64,000 bases of DNA from an uncultured Lachnospiraceae bacterium (GTDB taxonomy: Bacteria > Bacillota > Clostridia > Lachnospirales > Lachnospiraceae). Location of the stretch: contig CAJTMB010000013.1 of the NCBI GenBank assembly GCA_910577105.1, positions 7,846 to 71,845 of the forward strand. Direction: 5' to 3'. The number at the start of each line of letters is the position of its first letter. Within the stretch, counting starts at the first letter, position 1. The translations under genes and the position numbers were made by a program. This document shows positions 1 to 9,693 of the stretch, one piece after another. Below the pieces are notes generated by a model. It saw only the letters and a program-made list of their open reading frames with translations, had not been told where the DNA came from and did not search any database.

Positions 1-60
1 CCCGATACGTGGCTTTTACAGGGGAATGAATTTAATATTAAAGAAATAGAAGTATACTAA
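1..60 (+). CDS. 3' end of an upstream gene (partial; ...PDTWLLQGNEFNIKEIEVY*)
   Basis: Open frame from base 1 to TAA at 58-60, followed by the SD of the next gene. Confidence 0.5.
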   Translation, partial: PDTWLLQGNEFNIKEIEVY

Positions 61-83
61 GAAAAAAGGGAGGGAACAGGTTT

Positions 84-1121
84 ATGATTTTTCAAATTTA
101 TGACGGGATGACCATGTGGCAGATTTTAGGCTGGATTCTGGTGTTTGCCGGGCTTGTTTTGATGAATGAAATCGCCCGCCGCACCAAGATTGGCGGAATG
201 GCGTGTTTCTTTGCGCTTCCCGCAGCCCTTACGGTGTATTTCATTGCAATTTATATCGGTGCGGCGCAGGGTGCGGAGTGGGCGCTGAACAACCAGACCT
301 ATGTACACATGAACAGTTGGTTCCATTATGCAAAGCTGTACGCGGCGCTGGCAGGCTGTATCGGCTTTATGGTTATCAAGTACCATTGGGGAAAACTGGG
401 CAAGTCCCATGCTTTTAAGGTATTTCCTTTTGTGATTGTGGCAATTAATATTATGATTGCGGTGGTGTCCGATTTTGAATCCGTTGTCAGGGCCGGCTCT
501 ATTATGGGCGGTTGGTGGAAGTCCTCGGAAGGCGTTTGGCTTTACGGCGGCTGGTGGAATATTTTAAACGGCGTTGCCGGACTGGTTAATATTCTCTGTA
601 TGACCGGCTGGTGGGGAATCTATTCTTCCAAGGACAAAAAGGATATGCTCTGGCCGGATATGACATGGTGCTTTATCCTTGCCTATGATATCTGGAATTT
701 CCAGTATACCTATCTGAATCTGCCGACCCATGCATGGTACTGCGGTTTTGCGCTGCTTCTGGCGCCCACAATAGCCAATGCGCTCTGGAATAAGGGAGGC
801 TGGATACAGAACCGCGCCAACACACTGGCACTCTGGTGTATGTTTGCACAGGTCTTCCCGCTGTTCCAGGATGGCAGCCGGTTTACCACCGTATCTTCCG
901 TCTACGGTTCGGGAGGAGCAGCCGCAGCATTTGGCGAGGCCATGCCGACTGTGGCAAATCCCACGGCTCAGGGAGTTATTTCCGTTATATCCATCTTGGT
1001 GAATATTGCGGTATTTGCGGTTATTTTAAGACGTGCGAAACTACAGAAGAAGAATCCTTATACCAACGAAATCTTTACGGACCAGAAAGATTTCAAACAG
1101 GCAATGAGCAGGGCGGAATAA
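84..1121 (+). CDS. Integral membrane protein, DUF5692-like family
   Basis: 345 aa, many Trp/Gly-rich TM segments, 'WFHYAKLYA' and 'WIQNRANTL' motifs, SD GGGAGG upstream. Confidence 0.75.
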   Translation: MIFQIYDGMTMWQILGWILVFAGLVLMNEIARRTKIGGMACFFALPAALTVYFIAIYIGAAQGAEWALNNQTYVHMNSWFHYAKLYAALAGCIGFMVIKYHWGKLGKSHAFKVFPFVIVAINIMIAVVSDFESVVRAGSIMGGWWKSSEGVWLYGGWWNILNGVAGLVNILCMTGWWGIYSSKDKKDMLWPDMTWCFILAYDIWNFQYTYLNLPTHAWYCGFALLLAPTIANALWNKGGWIQNRANTLALWCMFAQVFPLFQDGSRFTTVSSVYGSGGAAAAFGEAMPTVANPTAQGVISVISILVNIAVFAVILRRAKLQKKNPYTNEIFTDQKDFKQAMSRAE

Positions 1122-1133
1122 AAGATAAAAAAG

Positions 1134-1328
1134 TTTGAGTTTCCGTATTCTGCATGACGGCAGCCCCGGCGTACATTTGATTCCATAAAGGACCGTGTAA
1201 AAACACCGGTACTTAGAGGTTGTATTTTAACCTCTTATGTACCGCTGTGTTTTTACCCGAGCGGGAGCGTGTCCTGTTGGAACAAATGCACGCCGGGGTT
1301 GCCGTTATGCAGAATACGGAAATTAAAG
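1134..1328. mobile_element. ~195-bp palindromic dispersed element (MITE/RPE/ERIC-like), copy 1
   Basis: ~45-bp terminal inverted arms; core nearly identical to the copies at 26091 and 61602; same length as copy 3. Confidence 0.85.
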
Positions 1329-1339
1329 CAAGAAACTAT

Positions 1340-1368
1340 TTGACTACTCTGTGAAATATTTGTATAAT
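1340..1368 (+). promoter_or_regulatory. sigmaA promoter of rpn-sbcD-sbcC
   Basis: TTGACT-17 bp-TATAAT. Confidence 0.7.
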
Positions 1369-1551
1369 AATGTCAAAGCACAGAAATTCTAACGGAAATT
1401 CGTTCTATAGTCTTACTATTCTATTATGGGCCTGTTATTGCAGGCTGCCTTATCTGTTTTAGAATCCTTGCTTTTCATCCAAAAATAAAGCAGGGGGCCA
1501 AACAGAAATCTATCGGATTATCACCTTCCTGCGAAATAAAGGAAGGGAGAT

Positions 1552-2457
1552 ATGCCTATGGATAATTTTTGCAAGAAAGGACCGGTTTACAGGACGTACA
1601 AGGACAGGGTGTTTCGTCTGTTGTGCAATGACAAGAAGCGTCTGCTGGAGATTTATAATGCGCTGAACAATACGGATTATACAGACGAGTCGGGCCTTAC
1701 GATTAATACCTTGGAAAACGCTATTTTTATTAAAATGAAAAATGATATTTCCTTTATCATTGACTGGAACATGTGTCTGTATGAGCATCAGTCGACTTAT
1801 TGTCCGAATATGCCGCTCAGGGGATTCCTGTATTTTGCGGATTTGTATAAGAAGCTGTTGCGGGGGGTGGACTTAAGCGCGGGCAGGCAGATAAAAATAC
1901 CGACGCCGCATTATATTGTCTTTTATAATGGGACAGAAAAAGAGGAAGAAGAATTTACACAGAAGCTTTCAGACGCGTTTGAGGATGACAGCGAAGGATG
2001 CATACAGCTTACGGTACGCACGATTAATGTTAATCTGGGGCATAATAAAGAATTGCTGGAAAAGTGCAGTCCCTTGTACGGATATGCCTGCTTTGTGGAC
2101 GTTGTAAGGAGAAATTTAAAAAATATGGCGATGCAGGAGGCAGTGGAGAAAGCGGTGGATGAATGCATCGATAATAATATATTAAGAGAATTTTTAACGG
2201 AGCAGAAATCGGAGGTGATTGCCATGTCAATTTATGAGTATAACGAAGAATATGTACGGAAGACTTTTTTTGAAGAGGGCATGGAAACGGGGTATCAGGA
2301 AGGAAAAGCCGAAACCTTGATAAAAAGTGTGGAAACGGTGATGCAGAAGTTTCAGGTCAGTCTGCAAAAAGCCTGTGAAGGAGTTGGCGCTACCGTTGAG
2401 GATTATAACAGGGCAAGGGCGGATATGAGGATGTCTAAGACAGGGGCGCCGTTATGA
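1552..2457 (+). CDS. Rpn family (recombination-promoting nuclease/putative transposase, PD-(D/E)xK) protein
   Basis: 'YKDRVFRLL', 'NDISF', 'LYEHQST..NMPLR', 'IPTPHYIVFYNG' and C-terminal 'EEGMETGYQEGKAE' motifs. Confidence 0.85.
   Translation: MPMDNFCKKGPVYRTYKDRVFRLLCNDKKRLLEIYNALNNTDYTDESGLTINTLENAIFIKMKNDISFIIDWNMCLYEHQSTYCPNMPLRGFLYFADLYKKLLRGVDLSAGRQIKIPTPHYIVFYNGTEKEEEEFTQKLSDAFEDDSEGCIQLTVRTINVNLGHNKELLEKCSPLYGYACFVDVVRRNLKNMAMQEAVEKAVDECIDNNILREFLTEQKSEVIAMSIYEYNEEYVRKTFFEEGMETGYQEGKAETLIKSVETVMQKFQVSLQKACEGVGATVEDYNRARADMRMSKTGAPL
2224..2457 (+). CDS. Putative internally initiated small Rpn antitoxin (RpnS-like), 77 aa, in frame with rpn
   Basis: SD GGAGGTGA at 2211-2218, 5 nt before an in-frame ATG at 2224. 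Confidence 0.6.
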   Translation: MSIYEYNEEYVRKTFFEEGMETGYQEGKAETLIKSVETVMQKFQVSLQKACEGVGATVEDYNRARADMRMSKTGAPL

Positions 2458-3569
2458 AATTTTTGCACACGGGTGATTTACACATAGGAAAAACCGTGAA
2501 TGATTTTTCCATGATAGAGGACCAGAAGTATATTCTTCGCCAGATACTTGACATAGCAAAGGAGGAAAAAGCAGACGCTGTCGTGATTGCGGGAGATGTT
2601 TATGACAGACCCATTCCGTCTGCGGAGGCGGTAACTCTTTTGGATGATTTCCTGACGGCGCTTCTTGGGGAGCAGATTCCCGTTATCATGATAAGCGGCA
2701 ATCATGACTCCGGGGAGCGTGTGTCTTTTGCGGACAAAATTCTGGAAAAACAGGGGCTTTACATTGCTGGAGAATATGACGGAGAGTTGAAGACGGTTGC
2801 GTTTGAGGATGAGTGGGGATATGTGGATTTTGTCTGTATGCCCTTTGTGAAGCCTGCTGTTGCAAAAGCAGAGGACATGCTGGCAAGAACCCCCATGACG
2901 CTGGACTTGCTCAGCCGTCATGTGCTGGTGACGCATTATTTTGTGACAGGGGAAAACGGGCAGGAACCGGAATTGTCCGATTCGGAAAGCAAGGTCAGCG
3001 TGGGGGGACTGGACAATGTACCGGCTTCCCTTTTTGCAGCGTTTGATTATGTGGCGCTCGGTCACATCCATAAAAGGCAGAAAATCGGTATGGGAGAGGT
3101 ATGGTATGCCGGGTCGCCCCTTAAATATTCTTTTTCGGAAGCAAATCAGGAAAAAAGCGTCAATATCGTAACCCTGAAAGAAAAAGGCAGTATATCCGTT
3201 GAGAGGAAGAAGCTGACGCCGCTGCATGAGATGAGGGTGATAAGAGGGAAGCTGGAGCAGTTGATTACTCCCGAGGTAGTGCAGGCAGCAGACTGTGAGG
3301 ATTATATTAAAGCGGTGCTTACCGACAGGGAGGAGCTGATTGACCCCATCGGGACGTTAAGGAGTGTGTATCCCAATGTCATGCAGATTGTGCCGGATAA
3401 AAACGGGCAAAAGGAAGAGGAGGAATACCGGCCTGCGGTATTTGCGGCACAGAGAAGCACAGGTGAACTTTTTGCACAGTTTTATGAAATGCTGAGGGGA
3501 GAGCCTATGGACAGGAAACGGGAAAAACTGGCGGAAGAGGTAGAAAAGGAGCTGGGCAGCGAAGGATGA
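2454..3569 (+). CDS. sbcD: Exonuclease SbcCD subunit D
   Basis: Phosphoesterase motifs DLH, GDVYD, GNHD, GHIH; ATGA overlap with rpn. Confidence 0.95.
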   Translation: MKFLHTGDLHIGKTVNDFSMIEDQKYILRQILDIAKEEKADAVVIAGDVYDRPIPSAEAVTLLDDFLTALLGEQIPVIMISGNHDSGERVSFADKILEKQGLYIAGEYDGELKTVAFEDEWGYVDFVCMPFVKPAVAKAEDMLARTPMTLDLLSRHVLVTHYFVTGENGQEPELSDSESKVSVGGLDNVPASLFAAFDYVALGHIHKRQKIGMGEVWYAGSPLKYSFSEANQEKSVNIVTLKEKGSISVERKKLTPLHEMRVIRGKLEQLITPEVVQAADCEDYIKAVLTDREELIDPIGTLRSVYPNVMQIVPDKNGQKEEEEYRPAVFAAQRSTGELFAQFYEMLRGEPMDRKREKLAEEVEKELGSEG

Positions 3570-6217
3570 GACCGGAAAAACTGATAATCAGCGCGTGGGG
3601 ACCGTACAAGGACAGGGTAGAGATAGATTTTAACATGTTTGACGGAAAAGGGCTGTTTCTGGTAACAGGCGCTACCGGTGCGGGCAAGACCACGATATTT
3701 GACGCCATCACTTATGCGCTTTACGGAAACCTATCAGGAGAGGTGCGCGAAAAGGGCAGTGTCCGCAGCGATTTTGCAGGTGCGGATACGCCCACTTTTG
3801 TGGAGCTTTTTATGCGTCATGCGGGAAAAGCATATCATATTGTCAGAAACCCGGAATATATTCGGCTTAAGAAAAAGGGAAAGCAGGGAAAGACAACAAA
3901 GGAAAAAGAAAATGCCGTACTTTACCTGCCTGATGGAAAGGTAGTGGAAGGAAACAGGGAAGTCAACGCAAAGATGCAGGAAATCCTGATATTAAATTAT
4001 GCGCAGTTTAAAAAGATTACCATGATAGCGCAGGGAGAATTTGCAAGGCTTCTTCTGGCATCCCCCAAAGAAAAGACCGATATTTTCAGGGATATTTTCG
4101 GGACGGGCATTTACGGGAAGTTTGCACAGTCCCTGCGGGCAAAGTCGTCAGTTCTTTTTGATAAAGTGAAGGAACAAAGGCATAAACTGGAGGAAGATGT
4201 CAGGCTGCTTACAGAAGGACGGGAAATGCAGAAGCTAGGCAGGCTTGCCGAACTGACGGAGGGGGATAACCAAAATTATGCCGCTGTTTTGGAGGAGCTT
4301 GAAAGTCTGTGCCTGCAGGCCGGGGAAACGGAGCGAAAGCAGCAGGAGGAGTGCAGCCGGCTGGGGAGCAGGAATAATGAACTGACAGAAGAGGTTACAA
4401 GGAAAAAGCAGGAGAATGAAGAAATTGACAGGTGGTACAAAAATGAGCAGGCGTTAGCGGAACTGGAATCGCAAAAATGTCTCATGGAAGAGAAAAGAAA
4501 AGTGTTTGTGCGTGCGTGTGCGGCAGAAGCGCTTGTGTCAGTAAGGCATACGTTTCAAAAGGCGAAAGAAGCATGGGACGTGTCGCAGAATAAACTGAAA
4601 AAGCAGAAAGCGGATTTAAAAGCGCTAGAGGAGGAGATAGAAGAACTGAGGCCTTTTTTGGAAAAGCAGGACCTGCTGCGGCAGTATCTGGAATATTGCA
4701 GGAGGCTGGAGGAAAACGGCCGGCTTCTGTCGGAAAGCAAAAAAGAGTGTGAAAAAGCAGACAGGGAATGGGACAAAGCCAAATCCGCTTACTTAAAGGC
4801 GGAAAAGGAAAGGGACGAGAAACAGGATGCATTCAGGGAGGCCGACCGTATATACAGACATGCGGCAGCAGGAATTGCGGCCAGGATGTTAAAGCCGGGG
4901 CTGCCCTGCCCGGTGTGTGGTTCCACAGAACACCCCAATCCCGCCAAGGAGGAACCGGGACTGCTTTCCGAGGCAGCATTGACCAAATTGGAAAAAGAAG
5001 TAAAAGAGGCGGAAAGGGTATTGCAAAAAGAGCATGAGAAAGCGATATCCTGCAAGCACAAAGCAGAAGATTTGGCAAGGCGTCTTGAGGAACTGCTGCA
5101 GGAGAAGGATGAATTGGAGAAAGCAGCCGGGGCGTATGACCGGCAATTTACGGAGACCGTTTTTGCAAACAATGGTTTTTTGCGAAAAACTTATCTGCAA
5201 AAAACGGAATTTGTGCGGGAGAAGACGAACAGGCTGACAGAACAAAACGCTATGCTTCAATCCATGGCAGACAGGATAGGGGAGACGGAGAAGGAGCTTG
5301 TAAAAGCAAAAGAGGAATTGGAAGACAGCAAGGAAGCATGGAAGAGTGCGCTATCCCGGGAAGGGTTTGAGGATGAGGGGGCATGTGAGAAGGCCCGGAT
5401 GTTACAAAAGGACAGGCAGGCTTTGGAAAAGGAGATAGCAGACTATGAGGAGCGGCAGCAAAGGGCGCTGGGCATTAAAGAACATCTGGAAGGCGCATTG
5501 CAAAACCGGCAGAAGCATGAAGTGGAGCTGCTGGAGGAGGAGGTAATAAACTGCCGTCAAAAACTGGAAGATGCGCAGGGGGCATTAAAGGCTTCCCATG
5601 CTTTTTGCACAGAGGTTTACAAAACAAGGGATGAGTTTAAAAAGACCTACAAAAAGATGAAGGAAGCGGAAGCAGAATACGGCTATGTGGAGGACTTAAA
5701 CAAACTGGCTTCCGGCAACAATAAAAAGCGTCTGGTTTTTGAACAGTATGTGCTGGCCGGCTATTTTGAGGAAATTTTGCGGGCTGCCAATCTGCGTTTC
5801 CTGAAAATGACGGACGGACGGTTTGAAATGTCTCGTGTGGAGGAAGCCGGGGACGGCAGGGTAAAGGACAGTCTGGAAATACAGGTGATGGATTATTATA
5901 CAGGTAAACCCCGTCTAATCAAAACCTTATCCGGTGGGGAAAGCTTTAAGGCATCCCTTTCCCTCGCTTTGGGAATGAGTGATGTGATTCAGGCAATGAA
6001 CGGCGGCATCAAGGTAGATACATTGTTTATTGACGAGGGATTCGGTGCATTGGATGCACAGTCTTTGGACCAGGCATGTGAGGCATTGATGGGGCTGGTG
6101 GAAAACAACCGCCTGATTGGAATTATTTCCCATGTGCCGGAATTGCAGGAACGGATAGACTGCCAATTAATCGTGGAAAAAACAAACACTGGAAGCAGCG
6201 TAAAAGTTCGTGTATAA
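3566..6217 (+). CDS. sbcC: SMC-like ATPase SbcC
   Basis: Walker A GATGAGKT, coiled coil with CPVC zinc hook, LSGGE signature, Walker B LFIDEGFG. Confidence 0.95.
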   Translation: MRPEKLIISAWGPYKDRVEIDFNMFDGKGLFLVTGATGAGKTTIFDAITYALYGNLSGEVREKGSVRSDFAGADTPTFVELFMRHAGKAYHIVRNPEYIRLKKKGKQGKTTKEKENAVLYLPDGKVVEGNREVNAKMQEILILNYAQFKKITMIAQGEFARLLLASPKEKTDIFRDIFGTGIYGKFAQSLRAKSSVLFDKVKEQRHKLEEDVRLLTEGREMQKLGRLAELTEGDNQNYAAVLEELESLCLQAGETERKQQEECSRLGSRNNELTEEVTRKKQENEEIDRWYKNEQALAELESQKCLMEEKRKVFVRACAAEALVSVRHTFQKAKEAWDVSQNKLKKQKADLKALEEEIEELRPFLEKQDLLRQYLEYCRRLEENGRLLSESKKECEKADREWDKAKSAYLKAEKERDEKQDAFREADRIYRHAAAGIAARMLKPGLPCPVCGSTEHPNPAKEEPGLLSEAALTKLEKEVKEAERVLQKEHEKAISCKHKAEDLARRLEELLQEKDELEKAAGAYDRQFTETVFANNGFLRKTYLQKTEFVREKTNRLTEQNAMLQSMADRIGETEKELVKAKEELEDSKEAWKSALSREGFEDEGACEKARMLQKDRQALEKEIADYEERQQRALGIKEHLEGALQNRQKHEVELLEEEVINCRQKLEDAQGALKASHAFCTEVYKTRDEFKKTYKKMKEAEAEYGYVEDLNKLASGNNKKRLVFEQYVLAGYFEEILRAANLRFLKMTDGRFEMSRVEEAGDGRVKDSLEIQVMDYYTGKPRLIKTLSGGESFKASLSLALGMSDVIQAMNGGIKVDTLFIDEGFGALDAQSLDQACEALMGLVENNRLIGIISHVPELQERIDCQLIVEKTNTGSSVKVRV

Positions 6218-6263
6218 TAAGTGGGGATTATGGGATTCCAAGAGCGAAATCATGGTGGTTAAG

Positions 6264-7355
6264 ATGAAAGATAAGGCAGGAAACAAAAAGATAAGAAAAA
6301 GTATATGTAGAATGGCGGCAGTATGTATGGCAGTAATGACTGTTTTTTCCAGTGCCTGCGGAAAGGGTGGTTCCGGTACCAGGGTGGTGTTCACTACGGG
6401 GCTGGCAAGTGACGAAGTGTTCAGGATAGAAAATATTTCCTGCAAGGTGCCTGAAATTATGGTCTATCTGACGACAACGCAGAACCAGTACGAAGAAGTG
6501 TACGGTGAGGAAATCTGGCAGACCAGCCTGGACGGTGTGACGCTGGAGGAAAACGTAAAGGAAACCGTGCTTGCAAAAATTGCCCAGATTAAGACGCTCA
6601 ACCTCCTTGCAGAGTCCATGCAGGTGGAACTGGATGAAACGGAAGAAGAAAAAGTGAAGCTGGCGGCAGAAGCGTATTTTTCATCCCTGAATGAAACTGA
6701 AATAGAACTGCTCGGCGTCACGCCGGAAACGATAGAACAGCTTTATGCGGAGTATGCGCTTGCGGAAAAAGTGTATGCACATATCATCAAAGATATCAAT
6801 CCGGAAATCAGCGATGATGAAGCCAGAATCATAACCGTGCAGCATATTCTGATTAAGACCTATACCACCGACGGAAGCGGCAGAAAAGTACAATATACGG
6901 ATTCTGCCAGGGCCGCAGCCTATGAAAGGGCGAAGGAGGCGCTGCTTCTTGCCACGGATGGGGAGAATGACTTTGAAAGCCTGATAACACAGTACAGTGA
7001 GGATAATATTGCCACATATTCCTTTGGAAAAGGGGAAATGGATGCCTCTTTTGAAGAGGCGGCATTTAATCTTGGGGCAGGTGAGATAAGCGGTATTGTG
7101 GAGAGTGAATTCGGATATCATATCATCAAGTGTATCAATACTTTTAACAGGGAGGAGACGGACCAGAATAAACTGGCGATTATAGAAGAAAGAAAAAAAG
7201 AAGTATTTGGGGAGGAGTATGACGTATTTGTGGATACGCTGACCCGGAAACTTAATGAAAATGTATGGGAAGAAGTCAGTTTTATTCATGATGAAAATGT
7301 AAAAACATCTGAATTTTTTGACGTGTATATGGAGTATTTCCCGGAGGGAAATTAG
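6264..7355 (+). CDS. PrsA-like parvulin peptidyl-prolyl isomerase lipoprotein (start uncertain)
   Basis: Lipobox-like FSSAC, 'VQHILI', 'FEEAAFNL', 'ESEFGYHII' rotamase motifs. Confidence 0.85.
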   Translation: MKDKAGNKKIRKSICRMAAVCMAVMTVFSSACGKGGSGTRVVFTTGLASDEVFRIENISCKVPEIMVYLTTTQNQYEEVYGEEIWQTSLDGVTLEENVKETVLAKIAQIKTLNLLAESMQVELDETEEEKVKLAAEAYFSSLNETEIELLGVTPETIEQLYAEYALAEKVYAHIIKDINPEISDDEARIITVQHILIKTYTTDGSGRKVQYTDSARAAAYERAKEALLLATDGENDFESLITQYSEDNIATYSFGKGEMDASFEEAAFNLGAGEISGIVESEFGYHIIKCINTFNREETDQNKLAIIEERKKEVFGEEYDVFVDTLTRKLNENVWEEVSFIHDENVKTSEFFDVYMEYFPEGN

Positions 7356-7414
7356 AATTTACAAAAATTTTAGAAATAGGAAAAGCCCGGAAAACAGGCA
7401 TTTTTTACATGTTA

Positions 7415-7441
7415 TTAGCACTCTCACAAAATGAGTGCTAA
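7415..7441. promoter_or_regulatory. CIRCE element (HrcA operator) upstream of htpG
   Basis: Perfect TTAGCACTC-N9-GAGTGCTAA. Confidence 0.95.
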
Positions 7442-7448
7442 TTTTTTG

Positions 7449-7477
7449 TTGACTTTTGCCGATTTCGGATTTACACT
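7449..7477 (+). promoter_or_regulatory. sigmaA promoter of htpG
   Basis: TTGACT-17 bp-TACACT immediately downstream of CIRCE. Confidence 0.65.
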
Positions 7478-7528
7478 TTATTTTAAGTGAAAACTGTAAA
7501 TCAATGAAAGAAAAGGAAGTGGATTCAT

Positions 7529-9586
7529 ATGGCAGCAAAAACAGGCAGTTTGTCAATCAACAGTGAAAATATTTTCCCGATTATCAAAAAGTGGTTATAT
7601 TCGGACCATGATATTTTTTACAGGGAACTGATTTCCAACGGATGTGATGCGATTACCAAATTACAGAAACTGGATATGATGGGGGAGTACGCCCTGCCTG
7701 AAGGCTACAGGGCGAAAATGGAGGTATTGGTCAATCCCGAGAAAAAGACGCTGGTATTTAGGGACAACGGACTTGGCATGACGGCAGATGAAGTGGAAGA
7801 GTATATCAACCAGATTGCTTTCTCCGGCGCAACGGATTTTATTGAAAAATATAAAGACAAGAGCAATGCGGATCAGATAATAGGGCATTTCGGACTTGGC
7901 TTTTACTCGGCATTCATGGTAGCCGACGAGGTGCATATAGACACCCTGTCCTATAAGGAAGGTGCAAAGCCTGTTCATTGGGAATGTGACGGCGGCACGG
8001 AATTTTCCATGGAGGAAGGTGACAGGAGTGAAGTGGGAACGACGGTTACCTTATATCTGATGGAGGACTGCCTTGAGTTTTGTAATGAGTATAAGGCAAA
8101 AGAGGTCATTAAAAAATATTGTTCCTTTATGCCGACGGAAATATATCTGAGCAAAGAGGAAACCAAGGAAACACAGATTATCAAGGCAGAAGAAAAACTG
8201 GATACGGACGCGGTGGTGGAAACCATTAAGCCTGAAAAAGAAGATGAGCCTGAAAAACTGAAAATTGTAAAACGTCCGGAGCTTTTAAATGAAACACATC
8301 CTCTTTGGATGAAAAATCCCAGTGAATGCACAAAAGAAGAATATCTGGAATTTTACAGGAAGGTATTTCAGGATTATAAGGAGCCTCTGTTCTGGATTCA
8401 CCTGAATATGGACTATCCATTTAACTTGAAGGGTATCCTTTATTTTCCGAAAATCAACATGGAGTACGAGTCCATAGAAGGAACCATCAAGCTGTATAAC
8501 AATCAGGTCTTTATTGCAGATAATATCAAGGAAGTCATTCCGGAGTTTTTGATGCTGCTAAAAGGTGTCATTGACTGCCCGGATTTGCCTTTGAACGTAT
8601 CCAGAAGCGCTCTGCAGAACGATGGATTTGTCAAGAAAATTTCCGATTACATCAGCAAGAAGGTTGCGGACAAGCTGGCCGGCCTCTGTAAGACGGAAAA
8701 AGAGGAATATGAGAAGTATTGGGATGACATCAGTCCGTTTATTAAGTTTGGCTGCTTAAAAGATGATAAGTTCTGTGAGAAGATGACGGATTATATTTTG
8801 TTCAAGAATCTGGAGGGTGATTACATGACCCTTCCGGAGTGTCTTGAGGTCAACAAGACAGACCCCGATGAGGTGGAAACCGCAACCGATGAAGACGGCA
8901 ATAAGGTAGAAGCTGAAATCGTCGGGGAAAAGACAAAAGAGGCGGCGGATGAAGAAGAGACTGAAAAGAAGGCGGAAAAGACTATCTATTATGTGACGGA
9001 TGAACAGCAGCAGAGCCAATACATCAACATGTTCAAGGCAGCAAAAATGGATGCCGTAATTCTGACCCACAATATTGACCAGCCTTTCATTTCCCAGCTC
9101 GAGGCGAAAAACGAAGGCATCAAATTTCAGAGAATCGATGCTGATTTGACGGATACCTTTAAGGCAAAAACCTCTAAAAAAGCCGAGGAAGAAATGAAGG
9201 CACAGGCGGAAGCCATCGGCAAAATCATGAAAAAGGTATTAAAGAAAGAAAAGCTTGAAGTCAAAGTGGAAAAGTTAAAGAATAAGAAAATATCTTCCAT
9301 GATTACGCTTTCAGAGGAAAGCCGCCGGATGCAGGACATGATGAAAATGTATTCCATGAACGGTATGAATATGGGGGCATTTGGCGCAGAGGGCGAAACG
9401 CTGATTTTAAATGTAAACCATCCTTTGGTACAGTATGTGACAGAGCATCAGGAGGGTGATAATGTAAAGATGATATGTGAACAGCTTTATGACCTTGCAA
9501 AGTTGCAGCATGCGCCCCTCAGTCCGGAGGACATGACAAAATTTGTTGCCAGAAGCAATGATATCATGCTTTTACTGACAAAATAA
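7529..9586 (+). CDS. htpG: Molecular chaperone HtpG (Hsp90)
   Basis: 'IFYRELISN', 'DNGLGMT', 'IGHFGLGFYSAF', 'LPLNVSRS'. Confidence 0.97.
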   Translation: MAAKTGSLSINSENIFPIIKKWLYSDHDIFYRELISNGCDAITKLQKLDMMGEYALPEGYRAKMEVLVNPEKKTLVFRDNGLGMTADEVEEYINQIAFSGATDFIEKYKDKSNADQIIGHFGLGFYSAFMVADEVHIDTLSYKEGAKPVHWECDGGTEFSMEEGDRSEVGTTVTLYLMEDCLEFCNEYKAKEVIKKYCSFMPTEIYLSKEETKETQIIKAEEKLDTDAVVETIKPEKEDEPEKLKIVKRPELLNETHPLWMKNPSECTKEEYLEFYRKVFQDYKEPLFWIHLNMDYPFNLKGILYFPKINMEYESIEGTIKLYNNQVFIADNIKEVIPEFLMLLKGVIDCPDLPLNVSRSALQNDGFVKKISDYISKKVADKLAGLCKTEKEEYEKYWDDISPFIKFGCLKDDKFCEKMTDYILFKNLEGDYMTLPECLEVNKTDPDEVETATDEDGNKVEAEIVGEKTKEAADEEETEKKAEKTIYYVTDEQQQSQYINMFKAAKMDAVILTHNIDQPFISQLEAKNEGIKFQRIDADLTDTFKAKTSKKAEEEMKAQAEAIGKIMKKVLKKEKLEVKVEKLKNKKISSMITLSEESRRMQDMMKMYSMNGMNMGAFGAEGETLILNVNHPLVQYVTEHQEGDNVKMICEQLYDLAKLQHAPLSPEDMTKFVARSNDIMLLLTK

Positions 9587-9625
9587 GATAAAAGCAGGAG
9601 TCATGCGCAGTGTAAACGTGACATG

Positions 9626-9657
9626 GAAAAGAGTCCGGCTTGCCGGACCCTTTTCTT
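9626..9657. terminator. Intrinsic terminator between convergent genes
   Basis: GTCCGG-CTTG-CCGGAC stem flanked by A and T tracts. Confidence 0.7.
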
Positions 9658-9693
9658 GTTAGTTGCCAAATTATATAATAGGTATGGAAAGAA

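Noticed and set aside
1125..1337. Target-site duplications at element copies 1 and 2
   Set aside because: Flanks do not match (ATAAAAAAG vs CAAGAAACT; CGCTGAACT vs TTGTTACTT); only copy 3 has a TSD
1552..2457. Rpn as the transposase of the adjacent hairpin element
   Set aside because: Adjacency occurs at one copy only, the gene is not enclosed by element ends, and Rpn proteins have no demonstrated transposase activity
3566..6217. Wadjet/Lamassu-type SMC defence system
   Set aside because: Zinc hook and adjacent SbcD phosphoesterase identify ordinary SbcCD
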